From Chiloscyllium plagiosum (Eukaryota), in the NCBI RefSeq assembly GCF_004010195.1, contig NC_057755.1, forward strand, positions 2,811,498-2,875,497: a DNA stretch of 64,000 nucleotides, in the 5' to 3' direction. This document shows positions 35,211-49,149 of this stretch, piece by piece. The notes under the pieces were generated by a model. It ran no database searches. It saw nothing but the letters and a program-made list of their open reading frames with translations, and was not told where the DNA came from. Made by a program: the position numbers and the translations under genes. How positions within the stretch are numbered: position 1 is the first letter of the stretch; the number at the start of each line of letters is the position of its first letter.

Positions 35211-35917
35211 TCCCTTCCAAAACTCTTTGTCACCTCGCCATGTTTTTCCAGAAATTCTTAACTGCGCAATTTTTCCAAAACCAACATCATTAACGATCTC
35301 TGTCCCAGCATCTTTCTCAATTCTTTGGGATCTTGCTGTACTTGTTTGTATATCATTCTGACTGCATTGCAACACCACAACACTTTCTTTCATCACTCCC
35401 TTTCTGTTGTTGCATCTCTCTCTCTCTATCTGTCTGATAATTCTCCCTGGGATTTCGCTCTTGCTCTCTGTCCGCCCTTCTCTTTTTCTCTCTCTGAGTT
35501 TTCTCTCCCCCATTCACTCTTTCTGTCTGTAAATGTTTATTATTCTTTTTTTATCTGAGTTTTTACTATCTATCTTTCTCTCTGCCCTTCTCTCGTCCTC
35601 CCCATCCCTCTGTCTGTCTGTTTGTCCTTCTCCTGTTCTCCCACTCCCTGCCGCGCTCTCTGTCCTTCTCTTGTTCTCTCCCTCTTTCTGTTTGTCTCTG
35701 CTATTCTTCTTTCCCTCCTTCTATCTGTCTCTCGCTGCATTTTCACTCCCTCTTTCTCCCAGATTCCTCTGCTCTGCCACAGTGACTAGGGAAGGGACAT
35801 TGGAAACATTTGGTCTCAGTGCCACAAGGTGTTGGACTGTTAATGCAGTGGGATCTACCTTTCTCCACCACCTCTCCCGGATTTTACCCCCACTGTTGTC
35901 CAAACGGGGGAGGGGGA

Positions 35918-36493
35918 TGTGCAAGAATAAAACTTTATTTGGCCAGCATGAAAGATGGAATAGCTTAATGATTACAGAAAAGACAAAATAGTTAACGATT
36001 AAAATGTATTATTATTATTTAAATAGAGACATTTGGCTAAAATCATAAAGCAGTAACCATTTTAAAGCAAACAACTTGTTCGTCAAGCAGATATATTGTA
36101 GTCATAATCAAAGAGCCTGAGCGAGTTTAGACCCTTTTGGCGAGAATCTTTGGGAAGGAACACAGTTTCTGTGACCTGAACAAGCTGTGATCTCTACTAT
36201 ACTGAATATGTAACTGTAAAAATGTAGCTTCATTCTTTTTTATCAGCATATATCATAACTATGCTTGTTACTAAAGTGAATAAGTCATGGACAGGCTTTC
36301 TCATGGTTTTGTTATAAAAGACTGTAATTTGAATAACATTTTGGAGATGCGTCCTATATTTGTTTATAGTACCTCTTCCCATGTGTGATTAAATAAAGAT
36401 TGGCTTTAGACAACTCAAATACTTGTCTGAGTCTTATTTCGGGTCGGTAAATCTTCGACGGGGGAGTGGAAGGGGCATGAAGTACCTTTCTCA
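35918..36493 (+). mobile_element. Candidate retroviral-type LTR
   Basis: A purine tract at 35902-35917 is followed by TGTGCAAG. TATA-like motif at ~36355, AATAAA at ~36392, and the end CTTTCTCA is an imperfect inverted repeat of the start. No target-site duplication seen. Confidence 0.45.
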
Positions 36494-38639
36494 TTTATTG
36501 TGCGGCCAGGGGATATCTGCAAGCTGGGAACTTGCTGTGTATTACAGTAATCAGTCAAAAAGCCAGTTAGTCTCTGCACCATTTCCTTCAGCCAAGGGGA
36601 GGGGAAGGGGGTCAATTAGACAGTGGCCATGCCTGTAAATTCCTGAGTGGGAAAATGGTCAAAAAGGAGAGGCCTGAGAGAGGGGGGAGTGTGTTACGGG
36701 TGTTTTTTTGAGTGGAGAAGAGGGAGGGGCAGTTGTAGGAGAGACAGATGGAGGAGGGACAGAACAAGAGTCAGAGTGTGAGACAGAGCAGAGGATCAGT
36801 CTCAACAGGAAGGGTAGTCAATGATGCCATTTGGGCAAATCCTGAGGAGCAGGATAGTAAATGAATCATTTAATTGAGGGGTGGGGGTGCAGACATGACG
36901 GGCTGAAAGAACTACCTCTGTGATGTAAGAATTCTGTAATTCTGGCACTGGGATCTTGCTGTGCATTAAAGCAGTCAGTCACAGGCCAGTCAGTCCACGC
37001 AGACTTATTTACCTCTGCCCCAGGGAATAGGGCTCAGCGCAATATTGCGGTCAGCAAAATATTTGGGGGTGCACATTTGGTGAGGCAACTATTTGGGGAA
37101 CGGCATACGTTTAGGAGCAGAGTGAAAATGGGGGATAAAATATTTTTGAGGGGATTCAAAATTTGGTGGGCACTTTCAGATTTGAAATTGAGATAAAGTG
37201 AGGAAGAATGGGAGGCTGAGGGAGGAAGAGAGAGAGAGAGACGAAGAGTGGGAATAGAGAAAGGGGGAGAGAGAGTTTGAAAAAGAAGGATAGAGAGAGA
37301 CAAGGGGAGTGGGAGAAATACAGAGAGAGAGAAGGACAGAGAATGAAAGACAGAAGAGCAACCGTTAGATGGAAACAAACATCAAGTTTACAAGTGACAG
37401 ACTAAAGGAGTTATACTCAGTATTCCAGTGGGTCCCAGCTCCCTCGATGGTTTCTCATGACGTACAGACCCTGTCCCAGGGGTTTGCTTCAGCCTGGAAA
37501 TGTATCCACATATCTTTATGTTTCTGTGTATATCTGTGTCTCTGTCCAATTGAGGGCTCTATTGTTTGGGGGTGGAACTTCTCTCTCTATCTCTATCCCT
37601 ATCTCTCCGTCCATCTTGTGTTTAAAATGATACAACACCCACTCTCTGCTGGGCTCCCCATTCCACTGCACAGGCAGCAGACATTTCTTGGGGTGACATC
37701 TTTTTTTTTACATTGCACATTTGTTTCGTTCTTCAAAGAATGTATTTCACAGTGCAGTTTTGCCCAATCCCTTACGATGTTGTCTCTGAGATATGAGGAA
37801 AATGAGGTGAACATGCCCAGTGTTAGTCTCATACCTTCCACATTTGAATTCTTTCTCACTTAGAATTTGTGAGAGAACATCAGAAAACATTGTACGCTGC
37901 AGAAAGTGCAATAAAATTCACCCTGTCTCCTTACAAAATGTTCACTCGGAGGTGTCGATACAATTGCAGTAGAAACATTATGTTTAATGCGTATAATGCT
38001 AGGAATACTGTTCAAAGACTAATCATTTCCACATTGCAGAGGGAGCACGACATTTCTTCACTATGTTCTACACTGAGAGACCTTAATCCAATTACAACCC
38101 TTTTCACAGCAGCATTGTGTAGCTATTTGTGTCTGTGCGTTGCTCTGCTTTGATGGTGCTGTCAGTTTGGATGGTACTGTGAGATGTTTCTCTCCCGGTC
38201 TCCCTTTCTGGATCCTTGAGGGTTTTCACCCCCTCCCGCCTGATGTGCAGTGCTGTTGGGAAGCCAGCAGAGCACTTTCAACACAAGGGAACTTGATGGC
38301 ACTATTTTGACTCTTCATCCTATGACAGGAATTTCCTGATTAGACTGCATTGGCGTCTATTGCCCATTATAATTGGGCAGCTTGATGCCTAAAAACGGGA
38401 ACCTGTGGAATTGGATTGAAATTAGCTAAATCACCTGGGACCTGTGAGAGCAAACAAATCACCAACATTCAATAAAAATCAGTTTTTATTGATAATAGTA
38501 CTGCAGCAGGTTTGGAAAGCTTTTTATACTTAAGAATATATCAGTAGTTGACAGAAATTATCATTAGACGTTTGTCATTCGCTAGGCCAATACATTGAAT
38601 TTTGTTCTGTGTTGCCCTTTTTTATAATTTGGAAATGTC

Positions 38640-38767
38640 GGTGCTGGACTGGTGTGTACAATGTTAAAAAATTTCTCAACACCAGGTTCTACTCCAACTT
38701 CGGAGCACCGCTCCTTCATCAGGTGGTTGTAGAAGGAGTCGTGCTCCGAAAGCTAGTGCTTCCAATT
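38640..38767. mobile_element. Second, partly deleted copy of the palindromic element at 31835
   Basis: GGTGCTGGACTGG...TTCGGAGCACCGCTCCTTCATCAGGTGGTTGT...GCTCCGAAAGCTAGTGCTTCCAATT. It is cut off by the L1 tail. Confidence 0.8.
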
Positions 38768-38770
38768 CAT

Positions 38771-41700
38771 CTTTATTTATATATATTTTTATTAAACTTC
38801 TATTTTCTTACAAAACCATAAAAAGAAAGATAAATTACTACACCAGTAACCAATCATCTCCATATATATAACAACAAAAACGATTTTAAAAACCACAACA
38901 GCAACAATAATACAACCAAAACACAACTACACCCATGTGCAAAACAGAAAAATCAATAAACATATTTAATGAATAAATGAACAAGCAAAACAGCTCAGCA
39001 CAACAAAATATTATCTCTCGACCTGCACACAAAATATTCCGAATTCTTCCTTCAAGGGCATCTAGACACTAAATCAGAACGCCATGGCGACACAAAAGCC
39101 CTATCCGAGCAGTCCAGAAAGGAACGCCATATCCTATCAAAAACTTCTGTTTTCCAGTGCACCGTATTTGTGAAAAACTCCAGAAGGAATTGTTTCATAA
39201 TAAGCCTATGCCAACCCAACAGACCCCGGGTGGGGGTTCAAAAATCCACCAACTTAATAATATTTTTACTCGTGCAGAAAGTGAGGATATTAGAAAGTTT
39301 TTTTTTTTCCCCATGAACATCCATAGAGAGTATAGTGTGTATGCCCATGAGCAGAGAGACAGGGGTCCATCTTAACCGTAGCCCTCAAGACCCTCTCTAT
39401 GATCCCTGCCACAGATCCCCAATATGCACGGAGCCTGTGGCACACCATAAACAATGAGTGAGAGTACCGATGTTTACCTTGCACCTAGGACAAATGGGGG
39501 ATGCTCCCATCTTAAACTTTGAGAGACGGTCTTGGGCCAAATGGACCCTATGCAAAATCTTTAGCTGAATGGCATGGCCCCTATTACAAGTCGAGACCTT
39601 CCTCGTATTCTCGCAAATGTGCCCCCATGCTACCATAGAAATCTCAACACCTAATTTCCTCTCTCAAACCTCGCAAAGCTGCTCATCGTCTTCTGAAGGA
39701 TCGTTCCACAGCATATGATAAAGCGTGTTAATCCATGATAGATCCGCAGCGGTTCATCAAGAGTGTGGTCGCTTTCTTAATGAAATCTCTGACCTGAAAA
39801 AACCGGTAAAAGTATTTACTATCCAGACCATGTTTACAAATTATGTAGTCAAACGACATCATTATTTCACCTTCAAATAAATCGGCCAAACAGGAGAATT
39901 CCCTTAGCTGCCCAGAGCTAAATCCAGGGTCCATTGCCCTCGGTTGAAAACTCAGCATATCTACTATTGGGGTAAGAAATGACGTTTTGGACATATTACC
40001 CTCCTTCTGCCCAATTCTCCTCCATGCCTTAACAATAATAACAATCAGTTTACGGCAATATTCCACTGTCTTCATTTTATCCAAGAATAAAAGGCTGATG
40101 AGGGGACATTTTAAGGCCTCAATATCTATCCGTATTGATGTCAGGTCTTTACAGGCCCAATCACAAACAAACGATAGAAGAGAACTTAATTGTTATCTTC
40201 TAATATCTGGGTAATCCACTCCCCCGAACCCATGTGACAACTGTAGTTTAGACAACTTGATAAGAAGCCGCCTACGGTGCCAAATAAAAGAGCTAACCCC
40301 TCCATTAAGACTCTGGAATATTTGCCTTGGGAAAGTCAGTGGAAGCATTTGTATTGGATAGAGCAAACGGGAGAGAACATTCATTTTGATTGGAGATACC
40401 CGACCGAGTCACGATATTGGAAGTGCTTCCCATCACTGAAAATCTTGCTTAATCCTGTCAAGCAAGTGAGCAAAATTGCCCTGAAACAACTGATCAAAGA
40501 CAGGAGTAATAAAGATGCCAAAATAAGAAAGATCATCCTGTGACCATTTTAAAGGGAACTGTAGTTCACCCCCCACCTCAGATATTCTCCTCAGAGCACC
40601 TACAAACCCCACCCCACCCCACCCCCGCCCCATAGGCAGAGCCTCCGATTTTAAGAAATTAATCTTGTAGCCTGAAAAGGAGCCAAATGAGTTGATGCAT
40701 TGTATAAGATAGGATACAGAAACCTGTTGATTCGACAGAGAAACCAAACCATCATCTGCAAATAGTGAGATCTTATGCAACTTAGATCCTACTGTTGGGG
40801 TGACTATGTTAGGATCCCCAGCAGCTCAATCACCAACGTGAAAAGTAATGGTGAGAGGGGACAGCTTTGCCGACTATCCCTACAAATATCAAAATTACTA
40901 GATCTCACACCATTGGTGAGAACCGCCACCACGGGTGCAGCATAAAGGCCCTCACCCACTTAATAAAAACCTCCCCCAGTGCAAATCGCTCCAGGATGTA
41001 AACAAAAGGTGTGGCCACTCAACACGTTCAAATGATTTTTCTGAGTCTAAGGAGACCACAATTCCCTGAACAGAATGCTGCTGACAAGCTTGAAGAATAT
41101 TTATCATATTCAGCAACCTCCTGACATTATTTGAGAATTTACGACCTTTCTCCAACCAGTCCGAATGTTCCTAACAATGGAAGGCAGCACAGTTTCCAAT
41201 CTTTAAGTGAGAGCCTTGGTCAAAATTTTGAAATCAGAGTTTAGAAGTGAGATGATCCGATAAGAGACACAGTCCTCTGAAGTCTTCCTCTTCTTAAGAA
41301 TGCGAGAAATATTAGCCTCTCTCAGGGATAATGGAAGATAATCATGACTGGGAAGACCGTCAAAGCCAGACACCTTATTCATTCAACATCAATAAATTGA
41401 TTAGATTACTTATAGTGTGAAAACAGGCCCTTCAGCCCAACAAGTCCACACCAACCCTCCGAAGAGCAACCCGCTATTCCTCTGCACCTAACACTGCAGG
41501 CAATTTAGTATGGCCAATTCACCTAGCCTGCACATTCTTGGACGGTGGGAGCTCCTGAGTAAAGCCCACGCAGACAATGTACAAACTCCACACAGACAGT
41601 CGCCTGAGGCGGGAATTGAACCCGGGCATCTGGCACTATAAGGCAGCAGTGTTAACCACTGTGCCACCTTTCCCTGTGCACCTGTCTCACTGCCTCGTAC

Positions 41701-43590
41701 ACCTCCTGTATTGTTAAAGTTGCGTTAAGAACAGATGCCTGTTCAGGAGTGACATTTGAAAGATCCGAGTTCTTAAAGGAGGACTCCATCTTAGCCCATG
41801 CATCCTCACAACGCTCAGACTGCTATAGCTCAAAATATAATTTCCGGAATGCTGCATTAATCTTTTTAGAGTCACATCCCATTCCCATCTCTGATCGAGG
41901 TAATGGCCTGGGGGGCATTTTCTCCTGGAAAGATACAGTAGGTACCTGCCCGCTTGTCACCATGTTCAATCAGTTTCACAAAGGAGAGCTCCTTCCTTAC
42001 CATCTGTGTAAGCACGAGTTCAAGGAACAGCCGTAACCCACTGCAACATAACCAATGATGGCTTATCAAATACGCCTTCTTGGTGGTCTTTACCCTTCCC
42101 TTAACAGGCATTTTGCTCCCCCTTCTGTTGTTTCTGACTAGCGGAGTAAGAAATGAGCCTGATATAAGCCTTAGCTGTCTCCCAAAGAATGGACAGGTTA
42201 CTGGCCGTGTCTGAATTGATGGATAAAAATACCTTAAATTTGGTTAGAAAATATTCAATGAACTCACTATCCCTAAGAATAAAAGGATCCATTCGCCAAT
42301 GTAGAAAGCCTACCACACTACTCTTAAGTTCAGTTCCCAAGTAGACTGCAGCACCACCCAAAACAGTGATATTTCCAAATGTACAGGACGTCACCAAATC
42401 CAAGGATAATACAGGGGCGAGGAAAAGATCAATCCTGGAATGACATTTGTGTGGATTAGAAAAGAACATTAAGTCCCTGCCCATGGGGTAGAGACGCCTC
42501 CAAACATCCACCAATTCCGCACATACGTCCACCAGCTGTTTAGGTTGTGTAGAACGTGTTGATGGGGTCCACTGTGGGGTCCATAAGGCAATTAAAGTCT
42601 CCTCCTCTAATCAGCTGCTGCGGTGCAAGAGCCATCCATTTTGAGAACGCGTCTATCAGAAATCTAAGAGGGTGCGCTGGGCGACAGTACACATTCAGCA
42701 TACCATCCGCTTCTCCATGTATTAATACCTTAAGAATGACAAACCACCCATGCTCATCTTTAATCTGTCCAGCAACTGAAGTGGAAGATTCTTCCCGATG
42801 AGAATAGCCGCCAACCTGGTCCTAGTATTAAAGGAAGAGAATTATCCCCCATCAAACCCACCCTGCTGCAATTTCAAATGTTCTTTATCACTGAGATGAG
42901 TCTGCTACAAAAGGGCAATGTCCACTCTCTCCCTTCGAAGACTGGGAAACACCATTTTCTTTTTAATTGGCGAATGGATCCCTCTAAAATTCCAGGTGCC
43001 CCATTTGAGGACAAAATCGGCCATGACCCTATATAACATAATTCAGTCTCCGAAAAGGAAGAATTCGACTTATCAGCTGCTGAGCATAAATGAAAGAAAA
43101 TTCACAAAATCTAAAAATAACTAAAAATCTCCACTAAAACTATTACATCTGACATCCTAATAACTACATCTATAAAAACACCCACCAAATTAAACCAGAT
43201 ACAAAACACTAAACAATGGGCTCTTCCCCCTGCCCACAGGAGGCAATTACACATCTCAAAAGCACCTTCGTACCTCCTTCCAGCTTGAGCCCCATCCCAG
43301 GCTCAGGCCTACTGGGGGGAGCTGCAGCTGCAGCCGTGGAGGTGTCTGGCTTCTTAGGTAAGTGTCCCGTGTCATGGGACTTGTTGGAGCCTTTACCTTT
43401 AGTTTCTTTGTTTAAAAAATCTTTATACATTATATAGGATTTCCAGTTTCAAAAAACTCTTTAAAGATCAAATTAACGTAGAGATCATTTAAGTTGGGAG
43501 GTTAGAGTACAAATTTTCCTGAACAGAGATGCGGAGCTCAGCAAAGCAGACCTCTTAGATTCCCACCATCTTGGATACTTCACCCCACCT
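38771..43590 (-). mobile_element. L1-clade LINE, decayed, with both ends but most of ORF1 missing
   Basis: 5' CAAGATGG motif at ~43570. ORF2 ATG at 43024 (MADFVLKWGTWNFRGIHSPIK), then SRIDLFL, SLDSEKSFERVEW, KISLFADD and CPRCKVNIGTLTHCLWC, with AATAAA and an A-rich tail at ~38795-38771. Confidence 0.9.
41398..41668 (-). mobile_element. HE1-type V-SINE nested in the L1
   Basis: Homologous to 54203-54514, with the tRNA-like head (GGTGGCACAGTGGTTAAC, GGTTCAATTCC) and GATTA tail. Confidence 0.92.
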
Positions 43591-43779
43591 CCTATGTTGT
43601 CCTATTGACTTTCCAAAATATTGAGTTGTGCACGTCATTAGATAACATTGTTTTTGCATATGAATGTCTTTGTTTGGGCTACAATTAGATTTTCAAAACA
43701 TACGTGCATCCGTTCAATCAAATTTTAACAAACAGGAGAATCGGCGTTGTGGGCAAGGGCCCTTCATCAGGAAAGGTTA

Positions 43780-44100
43780 ATAAGTTCAGCTTATGTCATG
43801 TCTGCTAAGTTCAGCACTGTCTCTTACCTTTTTCCATTGTTCTTTAGCTTATTGTTTTATAACCGGGGAGTAGGCCAATTTTCCCATCAGGCAATTTTAA
43901 CTTTTCCAACAATTCCACATTTCCCCGCTTTTGTCATATCATGACAATCAGTTACACAGGTACCTTGATAATTCAATTGAAAATACATTGGCACAAGCAA
44001 ACAAACAATCCTATTCCTACTAGCAACAGTAATATCAGTAAAAAAGCCTTCATGATCCAATCAAATTCTGTGATCAAACCAACCCGAGAAAATACTGACT
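43780..44100 (-). mobile_element. Endogenous retrovirus 3' remnant: Env transmembrane anchor, polypurine tract and start of the 3' LTR
   Basis: Minus strand ~44072-43977 translates EFDWIMKAFLLILLLLVGIGLFVCLCQCIFN*. AAAAGCGGGGAAA (43932-43920) is immediately followed by TGTGG at 43919. The far LTR end is not defined. Confidence 0.65.
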
Positions 44101-44184
44101 TATATTGATGGACGGAAATAAAAATGAGAAGTCCCTCCTTTCCCAGAAAACTCTACTCTGACTTCAAATTTAAAAGCACATTTC

Positions 44185-47100
44185 AGTGACTCAATAGTTA
44201 GAGGCTCAGATATAAGGTTTGTTGGGAGTGAACGAGATTCACATTTGGTGTGTTGCCTCCCAGGTGCCAGGGTCCACATGTCTCGGATCGTATCTTTGGG
44301 TTCCTGAAGGGAGAAGGTGACCAGCCTCAAGTCGTGGTCCATGTAGGTACCAAAGACATAGGTAGAAAGAGGGATAGATATGTAAGGAAGGATTTCAGGG
44401 AGCTAGCGTGGAAGCTGAGATCGAGAACAAACAGAGTTGTTATTTCTGGTTTGTTGCCGATGCCACGTGATAGCGAGGCAAGGAATAGGGAGAGATATCA
44501 GCTGAACACGTGGCTGCAAGGATGGTTCAGGAGGGAGGGTTTCAGGATTTCGGATAATTAGGGATCATTCTGGGGAAGGTGAGATTGTACAAAGAGGATG
44601 GTCTTCACTTGAACCAGAGGGGTCCTAATATCCAGGGTGGGAAATTTTCTGGTTCTATTCGGGTGGGTTTAAACGAGCTCAGCAGGGGGATGGGAACTGG
44701 AGGTGTAGCTGCAGTGCATAGGAGGAAGAGAGGAGGAAGGACAGTGACAGGATTTCAGGGTCACAGGAATGTGCTGGCAGACGGCAAAGTGGTTTGAAGT
44801 GTGTTTGCTTCAACGTCAGAAATATCCGAAATAAGGTAGGTGACCTTGCAGCATGGATAGGTGCCTGGGACTTCGATGTTGTGGCCATTTCGGAGACATG
44901 GATAGAGCAGGGTGAGGAATGGATGTTTCATGTTCTAGGGTTCAGATCTTCCATTAAAAACAGGCAAGGCGGTAAAACAGGGGTAGTCATGGCCTCGTTA
45001 GTCAAGGATAGTATAACGGTGGCTGAGATAACTTTTGATGAGGACTTGTCTACTGAGGTAGTGTGGGCTGAGGTTAGAAACAGGAGAGGAGAGGTCACAC
45101 TGCTTGGAGTTTTTTATAGGGTTCCACAGAGTTCCAGGGAGGTGGAAGAGAGGATTAGCAAAATTATTCTGGGTAAGAGTGAAAGAAACAAGGTGGTCAT
45201 TATGGGGACTTTAACTTCCCCAACATTGACTGGAAATGTTATAACTCCAGTACATCGGATGGATCAGTATTTGTCCAATGTGCACAGAAGGGTTTCCTGA
45301 TACAGTACGTCGAAGGGCCCGACAAGGGGGAGGCCACATTGGATCTGGTGCTTAATAATGAACCAGGCCAGGTGTTGGAATTTGTTTTCGGTGAGCACTT
45401 TGGAGTGAGTGACCATAATTCAGTTACGTTTAGTTTAGCGATGGAAAGGGATAGGTACATGCCACAGGTCAAGAGTTATCGATGGAGCAAGGGCAATTAT
45501 AATGCGATTAGGCAAGAATTAGAATGCATAGAATGTGGTAGCAAAATACAGGGGATGCAAGCAATGGAAATGTGGAGCTAGTTTAAGGAACAGGAATTGC
45601 GTGTCCTTGATGGGTATGTCCCTGTCATGCAGGGAAGAAATGATAAGGTTAGGGTACCTTGATTTACAACAGAAATTGCATCTCTTGTTACGAAGAAGAA
45701 GAAGGCTTACGTGTTGATGAGGCAAGATGGTACAGATGAGGCGATGGAGAGTTACAGTTCAGCTAGGAAGGATTTAAAGAGAGAGCCAAGAAGAGCAAAG
45801 AGAGGACACGAGCAGTCTTTAGCAAATAGAATAGAGGAGAACCCTAACGCTTTCTATAGGTATGTGAGGAATAAAAGGATGATTAGGGTAGGAATAGGGC
45901 CAATCAAAGACAGAAGTAGAAAGTTGAGTGTGGACCCTGTGGAGATCGGAGAGGTGCTAAACGAACATTTCTCATCAGTATTCACTCAGGAGAAGGAGAA
46001 TATTGTTGAGGAGAAGAATGAGGTATGAGATATTAGACGAGTAAGGATCAAGGTCAGTTACGAACAGTTGTTATCGATTCTAGAAGGAGTGAAAGTAGAC
46101 AAGTCCCCTGGGCCGGATGGGATTTATCCGAGGATTCTCTGGGAAGCTAGAGAGGAGATAGCAGAGCCTTTAGCTTTGATATTTGAGTTGTCATTGTCCA
46201 CAGATTTGGTACCAGAGGACTGGAGGATTGCAAATGCTGTGCTCTTGCTCAAGAAGGGCAGTAAAGATGATCCAGGTAGTTCTAGACCAATGAGCCTTAC
46301 TTCTGTTGTAGGAAAGGTTTTGGAAAGGATTATAAGAGATAAGATTCACAATCATCTAGTAAGCAACAAGTTGATTTCAGATAGTCATCATGATTTCGTC
46401 AAGGGCAGGTCGTGTCTCACAAACCTCACTGAGTTTTTTGAGAAGGTGACCAAGCATGAGGATTAGGGTAGGGCAGTTGGTGTGGCATACATGGCCTTCA
46501 GTAAAGCCTTTGATAAGGTTCCACATGGTAAGCTGTTGGGTAAAAGGCAGAGGCATGGAATTGAGAGTGATTTTGCCGTTTGGATTCGAAACTGGCTTTC
46601 TGAAGGAAGGCAGCAAATAGTGGTTGATAGAAAATATTCAGCCTGGAGTCTGGTTACTAGTGGTGTGCCACAAGGGAAAACGTCTGCTGGTCGTTTTTAT
46701 AATGAATTAGACCCAGGCATAGGTGGATGGATTAGAAAATTTGCAGACGACACTAATGTCGGTGGAATAGTGGACAGTGTGGAAGAATGTTACAGATTGC
46801 AGGGGGACTTAGATAAGGCTGAGAGGTGGCAAATGGCATTCAATATAGCTAAATTTGAGGTGATGCACTTTGGGAAGAACAACGGGAAGGCAGAGAACTG
46901 GGTCGATGGAAAGATTCTTGGTAGTGTGGATATGCAGAGGGATCTGGGGGTCCATGTGTATAGATCCCTGAAAGTTGCCACCCAGGTGGATAGTGCTATT
47001 AAGGAGGCATACGGTGTGTTAGGTTTCATCGGTCGAGGGATTGAGTTCCGGAACCGCAATATCATGCTGTAATTATACAAAATGCTGGTGTGGCCACACT

Positions 47101-47614
47101 TGGAAAATTGTGTATTGTTCTGGTCCCTATATTTCAGGAAGGATGTGGAAGCATTGGAAAAGGTGCAGAGGAGATTTACCAGGATGTTGCCTGGTCTGGA
47201 GGGAAGGTCTCATGAGGAAAGGCTGAGAGATTTGAACCTGTTTTCATTGACAAGAAGAAGGCTAAGTGGAGACTTGATAGAGACATTCAAGATGATCAGA
47301 GGATTAGACAGGGTATACAGTGTTTCCTAGGATGATGATGTCAGCGTGTACGATGGGGCATAAGTACAAATTGAGGGGTGACAGATTTAAGACAATTTCA
47401 GAGGCAGATTCTTTACGCAGAGTGGTAATGGCGTAGAATGCCCCACCTGCCAATGTAGTCTACTCAGCCACATTAGGGAGATTTAAACAATCCTTAGATA
47501 AGCGCATGGATGATTTTGGGATAGTGTAGGTGGACGACTGAGAATAGTTCACAGGTGGGTGCAACATCGATGGCCAAAGGGCCTGTTCTGCGCTGTGTTG
47601 CTTAATGATCTATG
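44185..47614 (+). mobile_element. CR1 LINE, 5'-truncated in ORF1, with near-complete decayed ORF2 and 3' tail
   Basis: Esterase VVVHVGTKDIG, APE FDVVAISETW and GVSDHNSV, RT KGRSCLTNL, FSKAFDKVPH and KFADD, and tail GGGCCTGTTCTGCGCTGT...CTATGATTCT. Confidence 0.95.
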
Positions 47615-49140
47615 ATTCTGCAATGCCACAGTCCGGACAGCCATAAGCTCAGTTGAGACCTCAGAAAGTACTTGTCCAGTTGGCCTTGCTTCTAAAGCTG
47701 TGTCATTGGCCACATGTTTCAATGCTGAGGCCAGGTGAATCAATTCACCGGATGTCCAGCCCATTCCATCCAGTGGAGAGGACATCGTGAGGAAATGGTC
47801 TATTTTGGAAATTAGTCTTTTGGCTCGTCGATGATAATGCTTAAGGAAGGTCATATGATGCACATAGGGTACCACATGACCCAGATAGCAGACTCCTATC
47901 CAACTGGTTGGATGACATGGATAAGCTCTGGTGCCGAATATAAAGTATATGCCATTAAAAGCTGTAAAATCATTAGCCAATGTCATCCAAGGTTGTCGGG
48001 CAGAGCAGGCCAATGAACTATTAGAAGTTATATTCTATACTCTGGACAAATTACAGTAAAACATTGCACTATCAGAAATGTTCACTACTGGGCCTTGCCA
48101 GTCAAATGTGAAGTTAAACCTGCTTTGTCCCATCAACTTTCCCTTTCCTGATTTCTAATACATAGGGAACCTATAGCATTATTTGAATGGACTGTAAGGG
48201 AATGAGGAACTGAGTCATGATTATATGCAGGGTGATACCATGTCGAAAATGTATCCATTTCATAACCTGCCGATTCCCATATTCTCACGTCCCCATTAAT
48301 TCCGACATAACATCCAATCAATAGTTTCTGGAATATAAAAAGGGAGGGGTTGAAGAGATATTCCTTCCCTTGAATGAATGGAGAGCTGGATTTAAAACCA
48401 ACAATTACTTATAAATTTTTCAGCATATATATATGACATATGTAGATAAGTGTTTGCATGCAGTTCCCGCGTAGGCTTGTTTTTCAATATCAAATGTCCA
48501 CCTACATTAAAGAATTCAGAAAGTCCAAAGAGTACCAAAAAGGTTTTCATGCTGTGCCCAGTCCTGTTTGAGTAGTAATCTTACAATCCGATCGGTGGAC
48601 CCAGTTCGAGCATCATTCAATCTTGATAGAGGATGGTGCTGTTAGTAAGACTTGAAAGGGGCCGCTTCAGCATTGTCCCAATTTGTTCCTTTCCCAGTTA
48701 TTAACCAATACACATTCCCCTGGGTTTACTCGAGGATATTGGGAGGCGATTGTCTCTTCCTCACTGGGGCAATGCGACTTTTGATCTGTGAGTGAAGAAA
48801 CTTCAGAGAAAGAGTCAACTAGTCCAAGTAGTTCTGCATTTGCTCACCCATTACATGAAGATCCACACCGTCAAGGGGCTTATCATGGGCATCCCAAGAA
48901 TCCTCATTGGCCGATTGTAAGCTATCTCTGCAGCTGACAGTCTGGTCTGCGAATGTGGACACACTCACATGCAGAACTGCCAAGGGCAATACTCGGAGCC
49001 AGTTTAACTCCATTTCTTTGACCAATTTGGATATCTGTATTTTAAAGTATGATTGGCCCGTTCCACAATCCCTGCTGCATGCTAGTGATATGCACGGAGA
49101 AGTTGCTGTTTAATTGACAGTGAATCACATAATTCAGTAA
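47615..49140 (-). mobile_element. Class I (gamma/epsilon-like) endogenous retrovirus remnant: integrase C-terminus and env
   Basis: LNWLRVLPLAVLH (IN core end), VNPGECVLV...GPFQVLLTAPSSIKI..WVHRSDCK (IN C-terminus), and env WIGVCYLG...RRAKR (furin site)...LMAVRTVALQN (start of the immunosuppressive domain). Confidence 0.88.
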
Positions 49141-49149
49141 TGATTCGAA

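Noticed and set aside
35325..35991. Leu/Ser-rich hydrophobic ORFs (also 37034-37378)
   Set aside because: These are CT/GA low-complexity tracts with no domain motifs.
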